Source: an uncultured Eubacteriales bacterium
GTDB lineage: Bacteria; Bacillota; Clostridia; Oscillospirales; Acutalibacteraceae
Direction: 5' to 3'
Length of the DNA: 58,765 bases
NCBI GenBank assembly: GCA_964634675.1
Contig: CAZWLH010000001.1
Coordinates: 1-58,765, forward strand
Under the pieces are notes generated by a model. It made no database searches. It was not told where the DNA came from and saw nothing but the letters and a program-made list of their open reading frames with translations. Of the stretch, positions 17,232 through 26,427 are shown in pieces; within the stretch, counting starts at the first letter, position 1; the number at the start of each line of letters is the position of its first letter. A program made the position numbers and the translations under genes.

Positions 17232-20200
17232 TTACTTAATTTTTGCGTATTCCGCAATCTTACGTGCAATCTCGTTGTCGGCGACCTCGCCCCACTCGAG
17301 CATTGCGTCTTTTTCGTTGTCCTCACCGTTGAGAACTGCCCAATATGCCTGGTCGATGGCACGGGATACATAGTATCCGCCGGGGAGCTCGGGGAGCTCT
17401 TCGACCTCAGACCACTGATTGAGAAGTATCTCAAGATCGTCGGCATTCCATGAATAGGAGCTGAATGCCTCGATGTTGGCGGTAGCGGTACGGGATACTG
17501 CGCCGAGGATAGACTCAACGTTGTTGTTGTATCTGAGCTGAGTATCGGCGGCGGTCCACCAGCAGAGGAACTGCCAAGCCTCATCCTTATTGGAGGAGCG
17601 CTTTACAACACCGCAACCGGTTCCCGAGCCTGCGATCGAACGGTCAATTGTTCCGTCCTCCTGCATAGTACCGGGAATAGCACATATCTTCCAACGTCCC
17701 TGAATTTCGGGAGCGGCCTGTGTCAACTGTGTATAGGTGGTGTAACCGGCAATTCCCAAAGGAGCGGTACCGGTACGGAAACGGTTATAGAAGTCGATCT
17801 GCTTCTCAATACCGTACTTGGTGTAAAGGTCTGTCCACTTGGTGAAAGCGGAAATTGCTTCACTCGATGTGAGATTGGTCTTGGTGCGTGCATCGTTATA
17901 AAGCTGAACACCGTTCTGAGTCAGGAAGGTGCCGAACAAGTGGAGACTTCCCATACCGGCGTTGACCGTAGTGGTCGAAGCGATCTTGGTATAAGGAATG
18001 TAAGCATCCATATTGTTACGCTGGAGGATGGTTGCCGCATCGAGATAATCGTCCCAGGTCCAACCGAGTCCGTTATTGGCTTCGGTAGGCTCGGCAATTC
18101 CGAGACGTTCGAAGACATCGGTACGGTAGAACATTATAAAGAAGGACTGAGTATCGGGCAAAGCGAAGAGCTGATCGTGGTCGGTGGTTCCGTCATTATA
18201 ATAATAAGGAGTGGCGGCCGACGGCTGGAAGCGCTTCAGGACGGTCTCATAATCGAGAAGATATGTCGAGCCGTCATCGACGGTGGAATACTTGGGATCC
18301 TTTGCCGCCGAGAAGTTGGTCAAATCGTAAAGTGCGCCACGCATACCGAGGTTGACCGGGTCGGTACGGTTAAGGTGCAGCGAAAGGTCGGGATAGTTAC
18401 CGGCAAGAAGACCGTTGACGAGCGAAGCGCTGACAATCTCGAGCTGAACGCCTATTCCGGTCTCATATGTGAACGAGTCCTGAATGAGGTTGCTGAGAAC
18501 CTGTGCCTGGTCACGTCCCCAGTTGACCCAAATTCTCACACTGCCCTTGGCATCTGCGGCAACCGAGCCGCCGATAGAAGTGAAGTCATCGGAGAAGGAA
18601 GCAAAGAAACGCTTGCAGCTGAAGGAAAGCGACTCACCGAAGGAGGCGGTGTTATCCTTGAAGCCCTTCGAAGGAGAAGCCAACTGCATCTGATCGATGT
18701 TGAGCGGCATGGTCTTCATTTCATAGAGCCATGAGCAAACCGTGGTGTAGTTCGAATAGTAGTCGGAAATGTAGTTCTGTGCGGTATACTGATTGTCATA
18801 CATTTCCTTCAATACACGGGCCATATTGTTAAGAGCCGAAATGTACTTACTGCTACGGTCACCCGAGAGAGCTTTCATATCGGAGGAAAGCTTCGTAAGG
18901 TCATTGTAGCAGGAAAGCAAGGTCTCCTGGAAGTTGGGTATCTGTCTGAACAGTTCATAGTCACGGTTTTTATCGGGGGAGTCACTTGTTATCATAATGA
19001 TATCCATATAGGTATCACCGATAACATCGACTATCTCGCTGAGTCTTGAATAGAACTCGGCGGTTTCACCCAAGGTGACTGTGAGGGTAAAGATATGGGT
19101 ACCGGCCTTGAGGAAGAACTTGTAAGGAGCCTTACCGCTGCCGAGCTGCTTGAACTCCCAGCTTGTGCAGTAGTCAAAACGAAGGTTCTTACACTCCTCG
19201 AAGGGCACCTCGCCGTCAATTGCAAGCGAACGGTAGGTAAAGCCGTCGATTATGGTCGCCTGCTTGTAATTAAGACCGAAGGTGTAAAGTCCGTCTTCGG
19301 GGACCGTTACCTTCCAGGTAAGGCTTTCGCCCGGAACCTGCCAGTTGGTCGAGCCGATGTAGTTGAGTATCGACTTAACGGGGCTGTGCGGTGTGATATC
19401 GGGCGAGCTGTTGTCCGACTTGGAGATAAGTGAGTTGGTAGACTTAAGCCAAGCATCCTCACCCTCGAATTCGATAGCGGTACCGGTATAATCGGCAACA
19501 CCCGAGTTGGATGCGGCATAATCCTCGTAAGAGGGGGTTGCGGTAGGTGCCTTCAGTATAATACTTGCAAGGGCGAAGGGCTCATAAACCGACTTAACAG
19601 TGATTTTGTGGGTACCTGCCGTGAGCAGAATCTTGTAGGGGTCGGCAACGACACCTACGGGGTCGACGGCATACTTGGTCACAAACTCACCGTACTCGGC
19701 CTGCTCGGGAGTGAGCTGGTTGCCGAGAGTATCAACACGGATGTTGCCGACCGGATTTTCATAGGTCGAGCCGTTGTTGACAAACATACGGGGAAGCGAC
19801 AGAGCATCAATACCGCTGTAAAGGGTCTTGCCGTCGATCATAACACCGAGCTGTATCGGGCTGGTGCTCTTCTTATCGTCGGAGTCATCTGCGTTACCGC
19901 CGGTCTTATCAAGAGGGAGATAAGTAAAGGCAAGGTTGTAGATGCCGTCCTCGGGAACGTTCACCTCATAGGTGATGCTTCCCTGCTGCTGGAAGGCTTT
20001 ATTGTCCCTCCAAACAAGACATTCCTGCGAAGTCTTCTTCTGATTGACCTCGTCGGTCAATACTTCATAAAGCTCCTTCGAGAGAACGCTTACCGTGCCG
20101 TCTGCACCGACATATTCGCAACCCTCGGCAGTGTAATTGAAGATATCCAATGCGATATCCTTTTTAGCATAGCCGTACTGTGCGATCGATGCAAGATACC

Positions 20201-20369
20201 TTTCATATTCGGCAGATGCGTCGGAGCCGGACGTTGTATTGCCCGAAGAACCCGCGGAGCCTGCGGTGTCGGGTGCCTCGGTCGCGGAAGCGACGGGCAG
20301 AGCAAAAAGCGACACGGCGAGCACGGTCACGAGAACAACGGCCAACATTCGGATTTTACCAGAATTCAT
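17232..20369 (-). CDS. Giant ABC solute-binding protein with two N-terminal CBM-like modules
   Basis: Start set at ATG 20369 (MNSGKIRMLAVVLV..., AAGGTG RBS), giving 1045 aa with a signal peptide. There are two internal repeats (see findings) and a C-terminal ~430-aa SBP family 1-like domain. Confidence 0.85.
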   Translation of the reverse strand: MNSGKIRMLAVVLVTVLAVSLFALPVASATEAPDTAGSAGSSGNTTSGSDASAEYERYLASIAQYGYAKKDIALDIFNYTAEGCEYVGADGTVSVLSKELYEVLTDEVNQKKTSQECLVWRDNKAFQQQGSITYEVNVPEDGIYNLAFTYLPLDKTGGNADDSDDKKSTSPIQLGVMIDGKTLYSGIDALSLPRMFVNNGSTYENPVGNIRVDTLGNQLTPEQAEYGEFVTKYAVDPVGVVADPYKILLTAGTHKITVKSVYEPFALASIILKAPTATPSYEDYAASNSGVADYTGTAIEFEGEDAWLKSTNSLISKSDNSSPDITPHSPVKSILNYIGSTNWQVPGESLTWKVTVPEDGLYTFGLNYKQATIIDGFTYRSLAIDGEVPFEECKNLRFDYCTSWEFKQLGSGKAPYKFFLKAGTHIFTLTVTLGETAEFYSRLSEIVDVIGDTYMDIIMITSDSPDKNRDYELFRQIPNFQETLLSCYNDLTKLSSDMKALSGDRSSKYISALNNMARVLKEMYDNQYTAQNYISDYYSNYTTVCSWLYEMKTMPLNIDQMQLASPSKGFKDNTASFGESLSFSCKRFFASFSDDFTSIGGSVAADAKGSVRIWVNWGRDQAQVLSNLIQDSFTYETGIGVQLEIVSASLVNGLLAGNYPDLSLHLNRTDPVNLGMRGALYDLTNFSAAKDPKYSTVDDGSTYLLDYETVLKRFQPSAATPYYYNDGTTDHDQLFALPDTQSFFIMFYRTDVFERLGIAEPTEANNGLGWTWDDYLDAATILQRNNMDAYIPYTKIASTTTVNAGMGSLHLFGTFLTQNGVQLYNDARTKTNLTSSEAISAFTKWTDLYTKYGIEKQIDFYNRFRTGTAPLGIAGYTTYTQLTQAAPEIQGRWKICAIPGTMQEDGTIDRSIAGSGTGCGVVKRSSNKDEAWQFLCWWTAADTQLRYNNNVESILGAVSRTATANIEAFSSYSWNADDLEILLNQWSEVEELPELPGGYYVSRAIDQAYWAVLNGEDNEKDAMLEWGEVADNEIARKIAEYAKIK

Positions 20370-20469
20370 TTCTTCACCTTCAAAACTAAGATTTAAACAG
20401 CGCCCCTTGCAAGAGCAACAAAGCGGGTTTTGCAGACAAAGTCCCACTCTGCATTATGTTCTGTGTACT

Positions 20470-20498
20470 ATTATCCTACAAACGCTCCGTTTTGTCAA
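20470..20498 (-). promoter_or_regulatory. Sigma-70-type promoter of the 13-kb ABC operon
   Basis: On the minus strand: TTGACA (20498-20493), 17 nt, GATAAT (20475-20470). This implies a ~95-nt leader before ATG 20369. Confidence 0.55.
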
Positions 20499-20771
20499 TA
20501 ACCATTTGTCAAATTTTCACTAAATTCCCTTAATTTTTTTAAAATTTTGTACCAACGCCTATATGCAATATTACTTTTAAACCGTTTAAATTAAGCTTTT
20601 TGTTGTCAATTTGCACAACATCTCCAGTGAAATCCTCGCCCGATGATGAGTGAAATATGAAGAATTTACATAAAACTCACGAAAACTTATTTAAAAACCT
20701 GTCCTTTTACAGCTTATATATATTATGTAAGCTCCGATTTAATGCTGGCAGTGCAATATACCCAAGAGCTA

Positions 20772-20800
20772 TTGACATATCTTTACTGCCGATGTATACT
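20772..20800 (+). promoter_or_regulatory. Sigma-70-type promoter of the lipoprotein gene
   Basis: TTGACA (20772-20777), 17 nt, TATACT (20795-20800). Confidence 0.5.
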
Positions 20801-20865
20801 TTTATCGGTGCAGCCGCACCTATTATTTAACGCCTGACACAGCTTAGGCAGAATGGATCATTATT

Positions 20866-21387
20866 ATGAAAAAAATTGCGGCACTTTTACTCTGTATGGT
20901 TTTACTTCTTTCCTTTGCGGCCTGCGGCGGCGGTTCGAGCGACACCGACGATAAGGATACCGTCAGCACCTCGAGCAAAGCAAACAAGAACGATGACAAG
21001 AGCAACGGCAAAAAGGACGATAAAGAGGATGACAAATCCGAAATTTCGATAACTCTTCCTTCGACCGATGCCGAAAAGGAGATCCAAAAGGCAATCGACG
21101 CCATCAAACCCGAGCTTGACGAGATGAAGGATACCTATGCCGAGCTCGGCCTCAGCGTTGACGTTGAAGCCCGAAACACCGCTTTTGTCTATGTTTTCCG
21201 CTACACTATCGACATTCCCGATGTTAATGCCGTAAAAGAAGCACTTGACGAATCCTTCGACGGTCTCGAGGATACATACCTGTCCATTTTGAGCACCTTT
21301 AAAGCCGAGTGCCCCTCTATCAAGTCGATCGTTCTCGAGTATCAGGCGAAGGACGGCACGGTCATCACCTCTCACGAGTACAAATAA
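20866..21387 (+). CDS. Hypothetical lipoprotein
   Basis: 173 aa with lipobox LLSFAAC-GG and an acidic/lysine-rich linker before a small globular domain. Confidence 0.7.
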   Translation: MKKIAALLLCMVLLLSFAACGGGSSDTDDKDTVSTSSKANKNDDKSNGKKDDKEDDKSEISITLPSTDAEKEIQKAIDAIKPELDEMKDTYAELGLSVDVEARNTAFVYVFRYTIDIPDVNAVKEALDESFDGLEDTYLSILSTFKAECPSIKSIVLEYQAKDGTVITSHEYK

Positions 21388-21401
21388 GCTTATACAAATC
21401 G

Positions 21402-21433
21402 AAAGAGCTTCGGGTGTCCGAAGCTCTTTTTTT
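21402..21433. terminator. Bidirectional terminator between convergent genes
   Basis: AAAGAGCTTCGG-gtgt-CCGAAGCTCTTT perfect 12-bp stem followed by a T-run. Confidence 0.8.
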
Positions 21434-21446
21434 ATCAAAATTCAGC

Positions 21447-22838
21447 TCATTCTGCCTCAAACAGTGCCTTGACCGCAAGGTATGTGTTGTAAACATCAAG
21501 CTTAGATACGACCTCAAAGGGTGCGTGCATCGAAAGCACGGGGACACCGAGGTCGACCGTGTCCACACCGAGGTTGGCGATATACATTGCGACCGTTCCG
21601 CCGCCGCCGAGATCGACCTTGCCGAGCTCACCTGTCTGCCAGGTGACACCGGCCTTGTCGAGAATGCCTCTTATCCACGCCACATACTCGGCCGAAGCAT
21701 CGGACGTGCCGCCCTTGCCTCTTGAACCCGTATATTTGGTGATGACCGCTCCGTAGTTTATGAATGCGGCGTTTTTACGCTCCATGACATCGGGGAAGGT
21801 GGGGTCGAAGGCGGCATTAACATCGGCCGAAAGGCATTTTGAGTTGCGTAAAGCCTTGTATCCGTTTCCGCCCTGCATTGCGGCAAGATCCTCGACGAAG
21901 AATTCCAAAAATGTCGAATTCATACCGGTATTTCCGTCGGAGCCGGTCTCCTCCTTATCGGCAAGCACGGTCAGTGTCGTATATTTTGGAGCCTCGACAT
22001 TAAGTGATGCCATAAGGCAGGGATAGGCGCACACACGGTCGTCGTGGCCGTATGAACCGATCATCGAGCGGTCGAAGCCGATGTCCCTTGGCTTTCCGGC
22101 AGGTACACATTCAAGCTCGGCCGAGAGGAAATCCTCCTCGGTGATACCGTATTTTTCGAAGAGTATATTGAGTATATTGAGCTTGACGAGCTCGCTGCCC
22201 TCATCGTCCTTAAACGGATGGCTTCCGACAAGGATATTCAGCTCCTCGCCTCTTATCAGCTCACCGGGCGTTCTCTTGTACTGATCCTGTGCAAGATGCG
22301 GCAAAAGATCGGTCACGACAAATACCGGCTCGTCGGGCTCCTCTCCTATCGAAACCTCGACCGTTGTTCCGTCCTTTTTGCAGAAAACACCGTGCAGTGC
22401 AAGCGGAACGGTCGTCCACTGATACTTCTTTATGCCACCGTAATAGTGTGTCTTGAAGAGTGCAAGTTCACTGTCCTCATAGAGCGGATTCGGCTTTAAA
22501 TCGAGTCGCGGAGAGTCAATGTGGGCGGCGGCGATACGCACGCCGTTCTCAACCGCCTCGGTACCGATGACAGCAAAGGCCGCCGACTTGCCGCGATTGT
22601 TGACAAACACCTTGTCGCCTACCGAATAAACCTTTGAGCCGTCAAACTCGGTAAAGCCTGCCTGCTTCGCCAAGCGAACCGCCTCTTTAACGCAAAGACG
22701 TTCGGTTTTTCCGACGGTCAGAAAATCGGCATAGCCCTTGCAAAAGGCATCGATATTCTCTTTGTCATAAGACTCCTTGAGCAGGCCGTTCTTTCGACCG
22801 AGAAACAGTTTTTCCTTCAATTCTTTAACATCAAACAT
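21447..22838 (-). CDS. M18 family aminopeptidase
   Basis: 463 aa with M18-like motifs (AAHIDSPRLDLKP, HDDRVCAY, DKEETGS, LSMHAPFE). Confidence 0.85.
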   Translation of the reverse strand: MFDVKELKEKLFLGRKNGLLKESYDKENIDAFCKGYADFLTVGKTERLCVKEAVRLAKQAGFTEFDGSKVYSVGDKVFVNNRGKSAAFAVIGTEAVENGVRIAAAHIDSPRLDLKPNPLYEDSELALFKTHYYGGIKKYQWTTVPLALHGVFCKKDGTTVEVSIGEEPDEPVFVVTDLLPHLAQDQYKRTPGELIRGEELNILVGSHPFKDDEGSELVKLNILNILFEKYGITEEDFLSAELECVPAGKPRDIGFDRSMIGSYGHDDRVCAYPCLMASLNVEAPKYTTLTVLADKEETGSDGNTGMNSTFLEFFVEDLAAMQGGNGYKALRNSKCLSADVNAAFDPTFPDVMERKNAAFINYGAVITKYTGSRGKGGTSDASAEYVAWIRGILDKAGVTWQTGELGKVDLGGGGTVAMYIANLGVDTVDLGVPVLSMHAPFEVVSKLDVYNTYLAVKALFEAE

Positions 22839-22839
22839 A

Positions 22840-23400
22840 TTATTTCTCCTTTCGGGAATATAGCTTTCGATAGTATTTTTCGGCCTTCAGCACCCTGTCA
22901 ACATACTCGGCCGTTTCACTGAACTTTATTTCTTCTCTTTCAAGCCGACCGTTACCGCCGACCCAAGATGCGACGTTGCCGGGCCCTGCGTTATATGCCG
23001 CAAGCACCGCCTGCTTATCGTCGCCGTAAATACCGAACAGATACTTAAGATATGCCGTTCCGTATTCAATATTAACCGACGGTATCGGGCAGTCGGTCTC
23101 AAAGTCACGGTCGCCGTCGCAAAGAAGCTCATTCATATCGTAAAATGTTTCTTCCGTCAGCTGCATAAGACCGACGGCACCTGCCTTTGACCTTGCGTTT
23201 CGGTCAAAGCCGCTTTCGCACCTTATGACCGCCGCTATTAAAAATTTGTCTATTCCGTATTCGGCCGCCTGCCGCTCTATAAGCTCGGAATATTCAAACG
23301 GATATATGTGCCTCAGCGCAAGATTATATCCGATGACGCACAAAACCGCCGCCATAAATATACAGGCAAGCTTTCGCATACAGGAACGCAAAAATTTCAT
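22840..23400 (-). CDS. Lytic transglycosylase (SLT domain), membrane anchored
   Basis: 186 aa with an N-terminal TM helix and SLT catalytic motif (CESGFD...GAVGLMQL...AYNAGPGN). Confidence 0.85.
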   Translation of the reverse strand: MKFLRSCMRKLACIFMAAVLCVIGYNLALRHIYPFEYSELIERQAAEYGIDKFLIAAVIRCESGFDRNARSKAGAVGLMQLTEETFYDMNELLCDGDRDFETDCPIPSVNIEYGTAYLKYLFGIYGDDKQAVLAAYNAGPGNVASWVGGNGRLEREEIKFSETAEYVDRVLKAEKYYRKLYSRKEK

Positions 23401-23987
23401 TATAATTCTCCGAAAATATATGAAATACGGCTTAAAAAGGTTGCTTCGTCACCGTCATTCACGATTATATGAGGTGTTCGGTCAAAATAGAAGCTGTCGG
23501 GCTTTGAAGCCTTAAGCCTTTGGTCGGCCTGTTCATCGGTCAAGCAGTCACGTGCGATTATACGCTCTCTTCTGATATTTTGCGGACAAATCACTGCGAT
23601 CACGGCATCGCACATACTGTCGATTCCGCTTTCAAACAGTGTCGGAGCATCAAGCAAAAGCAGCTCCGTGCCGCCCGACCTATATTCATTTGCCATTGAA
23701 ACAATGCGCTTCGAAATGAAGGGCAACATTATGGAATTGAGCTTTTCGGTAGACTCACCGTCCTTAAATGCCGCTGCCGCAAGAGCCTTTCGGTCAAGCG
23801 TTCCGTCAGAGCATATAATACCGCTTCCGAACACATCACTCAGCGTTTTCAGCAACAGGCTTCCCTTTTCGGTCACCTCACGTGCCACCTTGTCGCAGTC
23901 GATCACCTTAAAGCCGTTTTTCTCGGCAAAGCGTGCAACGGTGGTTTTGCCGCTGCCCGTAGGGCCGGTCAAGCCGATTATTTTCAT
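23400..23987 (-). CDS. coaE: Dephospho-CoA kinase
   Basis: 195 aa with P-loop MKIIGLTGPTGSGKTT. It overlaps its neighbours by 1 and 4 nt. Confidence 0.9.
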   Translation of the reverse strand: MKIIGLTGPTGSGKTTVARFAEKNGFKVIDCDKVAREVTEKGSLLLKTLSDVFGSGIICSDGTLDRKALAAAAFKDGESTEKLNSIMLPFISKRIVSMANEYRSGGTELLLLDAPTLFESGIDSMCDAVIAVICPQNIRRERIIARDCLTDEQADQRLKASKPDSFYFDRTPHIIVNDGDEATFLSRISYIFGEL

Positions 23988-25015
23988 AAGCTTATTACCT
24001 CAAAGGCGGCGGCTCTGATAAGTCGGTTATACACCGCCAAGCCGACACCGTCCTTAGAAGGCACACGTGAATAGCAAAGCTTGCAGCCGCGGCGGTCAAG
24101 CTCACGCAAGGCATCAAAAAGCACTGCGGCTTGCTCGGCTCCGTCCTCCTTTCGACCGAAGGAAACGGTCGGGACATCGAAAAGCGACTCCTCGCCCTCG
24201 AATACAAGGGCGAAAACGCCGTCAGCCTTGTTTGCGGCCACGTATTCGGCAAAGCGGTCAAGCTCGCCCTCAAGCATAACAACACGCGCCTTGGGCGAAT
24301 AGTGCTTGTATTTCATACCGGGTGAGGCCACGGGTTTGCCCTTTTCGGGCTCGGACAGCACCGCCTTGTCGACAACTATGTCGGGCAAAACCTCCCGTAG
24401 CTGTTCTAAGGTGACTCCACCCGGTCTTAAGAGCCGAGGCGGCTCACAGCAAAGCGAGACAACGGTCGATTCAAGTCCCACCTCACAATTATGTGACATT
24501 ATGACCGCATCTATTCTTCCGTCGAGATCGAAAAGCACGTGCTCGGCTGTTGTCGGACTCGGAGAACCCGAAAGATTTGCCGACGGTGCCGCAAGCGGAA
24601 GACCGCAGGCCTCGATAAGCCCTCTTGCGACCGGGTCGGACGGCATACGAACGGCCACCGTGTCAAGTCCTGCACTGACCGAGGCCAGTACCCTTTCGCC
24701 CCGCGGCAATACCATCGTAAACGGGCCGGGCCAAAATTTTTCGGCGCACTGCCGTGCCTTTTCGGGAATATTCGCCACAAGTCCTTCAAGCATTTCGGTA
24801 TTGCTTATATGAACTATCAGCGGATTGTCCTGCGGACGTCCCTTCGCCGAAAATATATCGGCGACCGCCTTTTCGTCAAAGGTATTTGCGGCAAGACCGT
24901 AAACCGTTTCGGTGGGCATAGCCACCAATCCGCCGTTTTTAAGAATCTCGGCGGCTCTTTCAAGCGCTTGCCTGTCCTTTTTCGTGTCGTATACCTCAAG
25001 TCGCTCGGTCAACAT
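23984..25015 (-). CDS. tsaC: L-threonylcarbamoyladenylate synthase (Sua5/YwlC type, with Sua5 C-terminal domain)
   Basis: 343 aa with YrdC-domain motifs (PTETVYGLAAN, KGRPQDNPLIVH, APSANLSG). Confidence 0.9.
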   Translation of the reverse strand: MLTERLEVYDTKKDRQALERAAEILKNGGLVAMPTETVYGLAANTFDEKAVADIFSAKGRPQDNPLIVHISNTEMLEGLVANIPEKARQCAEKFWPGPFTMVLPRGERVLASVSAGLDTVAVRMPSDPVARGLIEACGLPLAAPSANLSGSPSPTTAEHVLFDLDGRIDAVIMSHNCEVGLESTVVSLCCEPPRLLRPGGVTLEQLREVLPDIVVDKAVLSEPEKGKPVASPGMKYKHYSPKARVVMLEGELDRFAEYVAANKADGVFALVFEGEESLFDVPTVSFGRKEDGAEQAAVLFDALRELDRRGCKLCYSRVPSKDGVGLAVYNRLIRAAAFEVISL

Positions 25016-25027
25016 ATAAAAATCTCC

Positions 25028-26110
25028 TTAATTCTGCTGTGCTTCCTGTGCTTTGAGCATTTCGGTTCGGTAATGCGTTATCAACGCATCGATTATATCG
25101 TCAAGATCTCCGTTCATTATTTGATCAAGCTTGTAAAGCGTAAGTCCTATTCGGTGATCGGTCATTCTGCCCTGCGGAAAATTATAGGTTCTGATGCGCT
25201 CCGAACGGTCGCCCGTTCCGACCTGTGAACGTCGGTCCTCGGCCTCGGCCTCGGCCTGTTCGGCCATCATTCTTTCATAAAGTCTTGAGCGCAGCACCTT
25301 CATTGCCTTATCCTTGTTCTTGTACTGACTTCGCTCGTCCTGACATTCAACAACAAGTCCCGTCGGAAGGTGTGTGATACGGATGGCCGACTCTGTTTTG
25401 TTGACGTGCTGGCCGCCTGCACCGCCCGAGCGGTAGGTGTCGATTTGCAGATCCTTGGGATTTATCTCAAGCTCGACCTCCTCGGCTTCGGGCAAAACAG
25501 CGACCGTCACGGTAGAGGTGTGTATTCTGCCCTGCGTTTCGGTTTCGGGAACGCGCTGAACACGGTGCACTCCGCTTTCGTATTTCATTCTCGAGTATGC
25601 ACCTGTACCCTCGATCATAAAGCTTATTTCCTTATATCCGCCGAGCTCGGTCTCACTTGCACCGACGGTCTCGACCCTCCAATGCTTCGACTCGGCATAC
25701 ATCGTGTACATTCTTGTGAGACTTGCGGCAAAAAGTGCCGCCTCTTCTCCGCCTGCGCCTCCTCTGATCTCAACGATAACATTCCGGCCGTCGTTCGGAT
25801 CCTTAGGCAAGAGCAGTATCTTTATCTCATCGGCAAGCTCGGCCATGCGGGCTTTTGCCGCCTTGTGCTCCTCATCGGCAAGCTCCTTCAGCTCCTTGTC
25901 CGACTCGGCCGACTGCAATATTTCCAAGGCTCCGTTCATATCCGACTCTGCCTGCTTGTAGCTTCTGAAGGCTTCGACCAGCGGCTCGAGATTTCGATAC
26001 TCCTTCATAAGGTCGGTGAGCAGTGCGGTATCCGAAATAACGGTCGGATCGGTCATTTTAAGACCTATTTCCTCATACCGTCTTTCGACTGATTCTAAAT
26101 TTTCAAACAT
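25028..26110 (-). CDS. prfA: Peptide chain release factor 1
   Basis: 360 aa with the GGQ motif ([21 protein letters not shown]) and the RF1 PxT-region context. Confidence 0.95.
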   Translation of the reverse strand: MFENLESVERRYEEIGLKMTDPTVISDTALLTDLMKEYRNLEPLVEAFRSYKQAESDMNGALEILQSAESDKELKELADEEHKAAKARMAELADEIKILLLPKDPNDGRNVIVEIRGGAGGEEAALFAASLTRMYTMYAESKHWRVETVGASETELGGYKEISFMIEGTGAYSRMKYESGVHRVQRVPETETQGRIHTSTVTVAVLPEAEEVELEINPKDLQIDTYRSGGAGGQHVNKTESAIRITHLPTGLVVECQDERSQYKNKDKAMKVLRSRLYERMMAEQAEAEAEDRRSQVGTGDRSERIRTYNFPQGRMTDHRIGLTLYKLDQIMNGDLDDIIDALITHYRTEMLKAQEAQQN

Positions 26111-26111
26111 A

Positions 26112-26294
26112 CTACTGTTCCTTTATTATCTGTTTAATATTTTTTTCGGCCTTATGTCTCGGCACCATTACCTCGTGTCCGCAGCCCGTACAGCGGAGCT
26201 TAAAATCCATACCCGAGCGCAAAACATAAAAAGTATTGCTTCCGCAGGGGTGTTGCTTTTTCATTATCAGCTTATCTCCGACCGAAACATCCAT
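26112..26294 (-). CDS. DUF951 family small zinc-ribbon-like protein
   Basis: 60 aa: [67 protein letters not shown] lies 8 nt upstream of ATG 26294. The 200-aa ORF in the track is an upstream extension across a terminator. Confidence 0.75.
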   Translation of the reverse strand: MDVSVGDKLIMKKQHPCGSNTFYVLRSGMDFKLRCTGCGHEVMVPRHKAEKNIKQIIKEQ

Positions 26295-26318
26295 AAAAAA
26301 CGCTCCTTCAATAGACAT

Positions 26319-26354
26319 AAAAAAGGATATGGCGACCCGACGGACACCATATCC
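26319..26354 (-). terminator. Rho-independent terminator after jag
   Basis: On the minus strand: GGATATGG...CCATATCC 8-bp stem followed by TTTTTT. Confidence 0.7.
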
Positions 26355-26427
26355 ATATAGGCCGACAACGTCAACCCGAGGCGGCAGCCCAAAAGGCAGG
26401 CTCGCCTTATTATTGAGGTAATTCGGC

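Noticed and set aside
6951-20498. The ABC supercluster as a genomic island integrated at tRNA-Arg.
   Set aside because: There is no integrase. I noticed no copy of the tRNA 3' end (GGTTCGAATCCCTCCGAGCGGGCCA) at the far boundary (20.4-20.9 kb), and no obvious compositional break.
20657-20830. 57-codon ORF in the 500-bp AT-rich divergent intergenic region.
   Set aside because: It has no convincing RBS, overlaps the predicted lipoprotein promoter, and its composition reflects AT-rich non-coding DNA.
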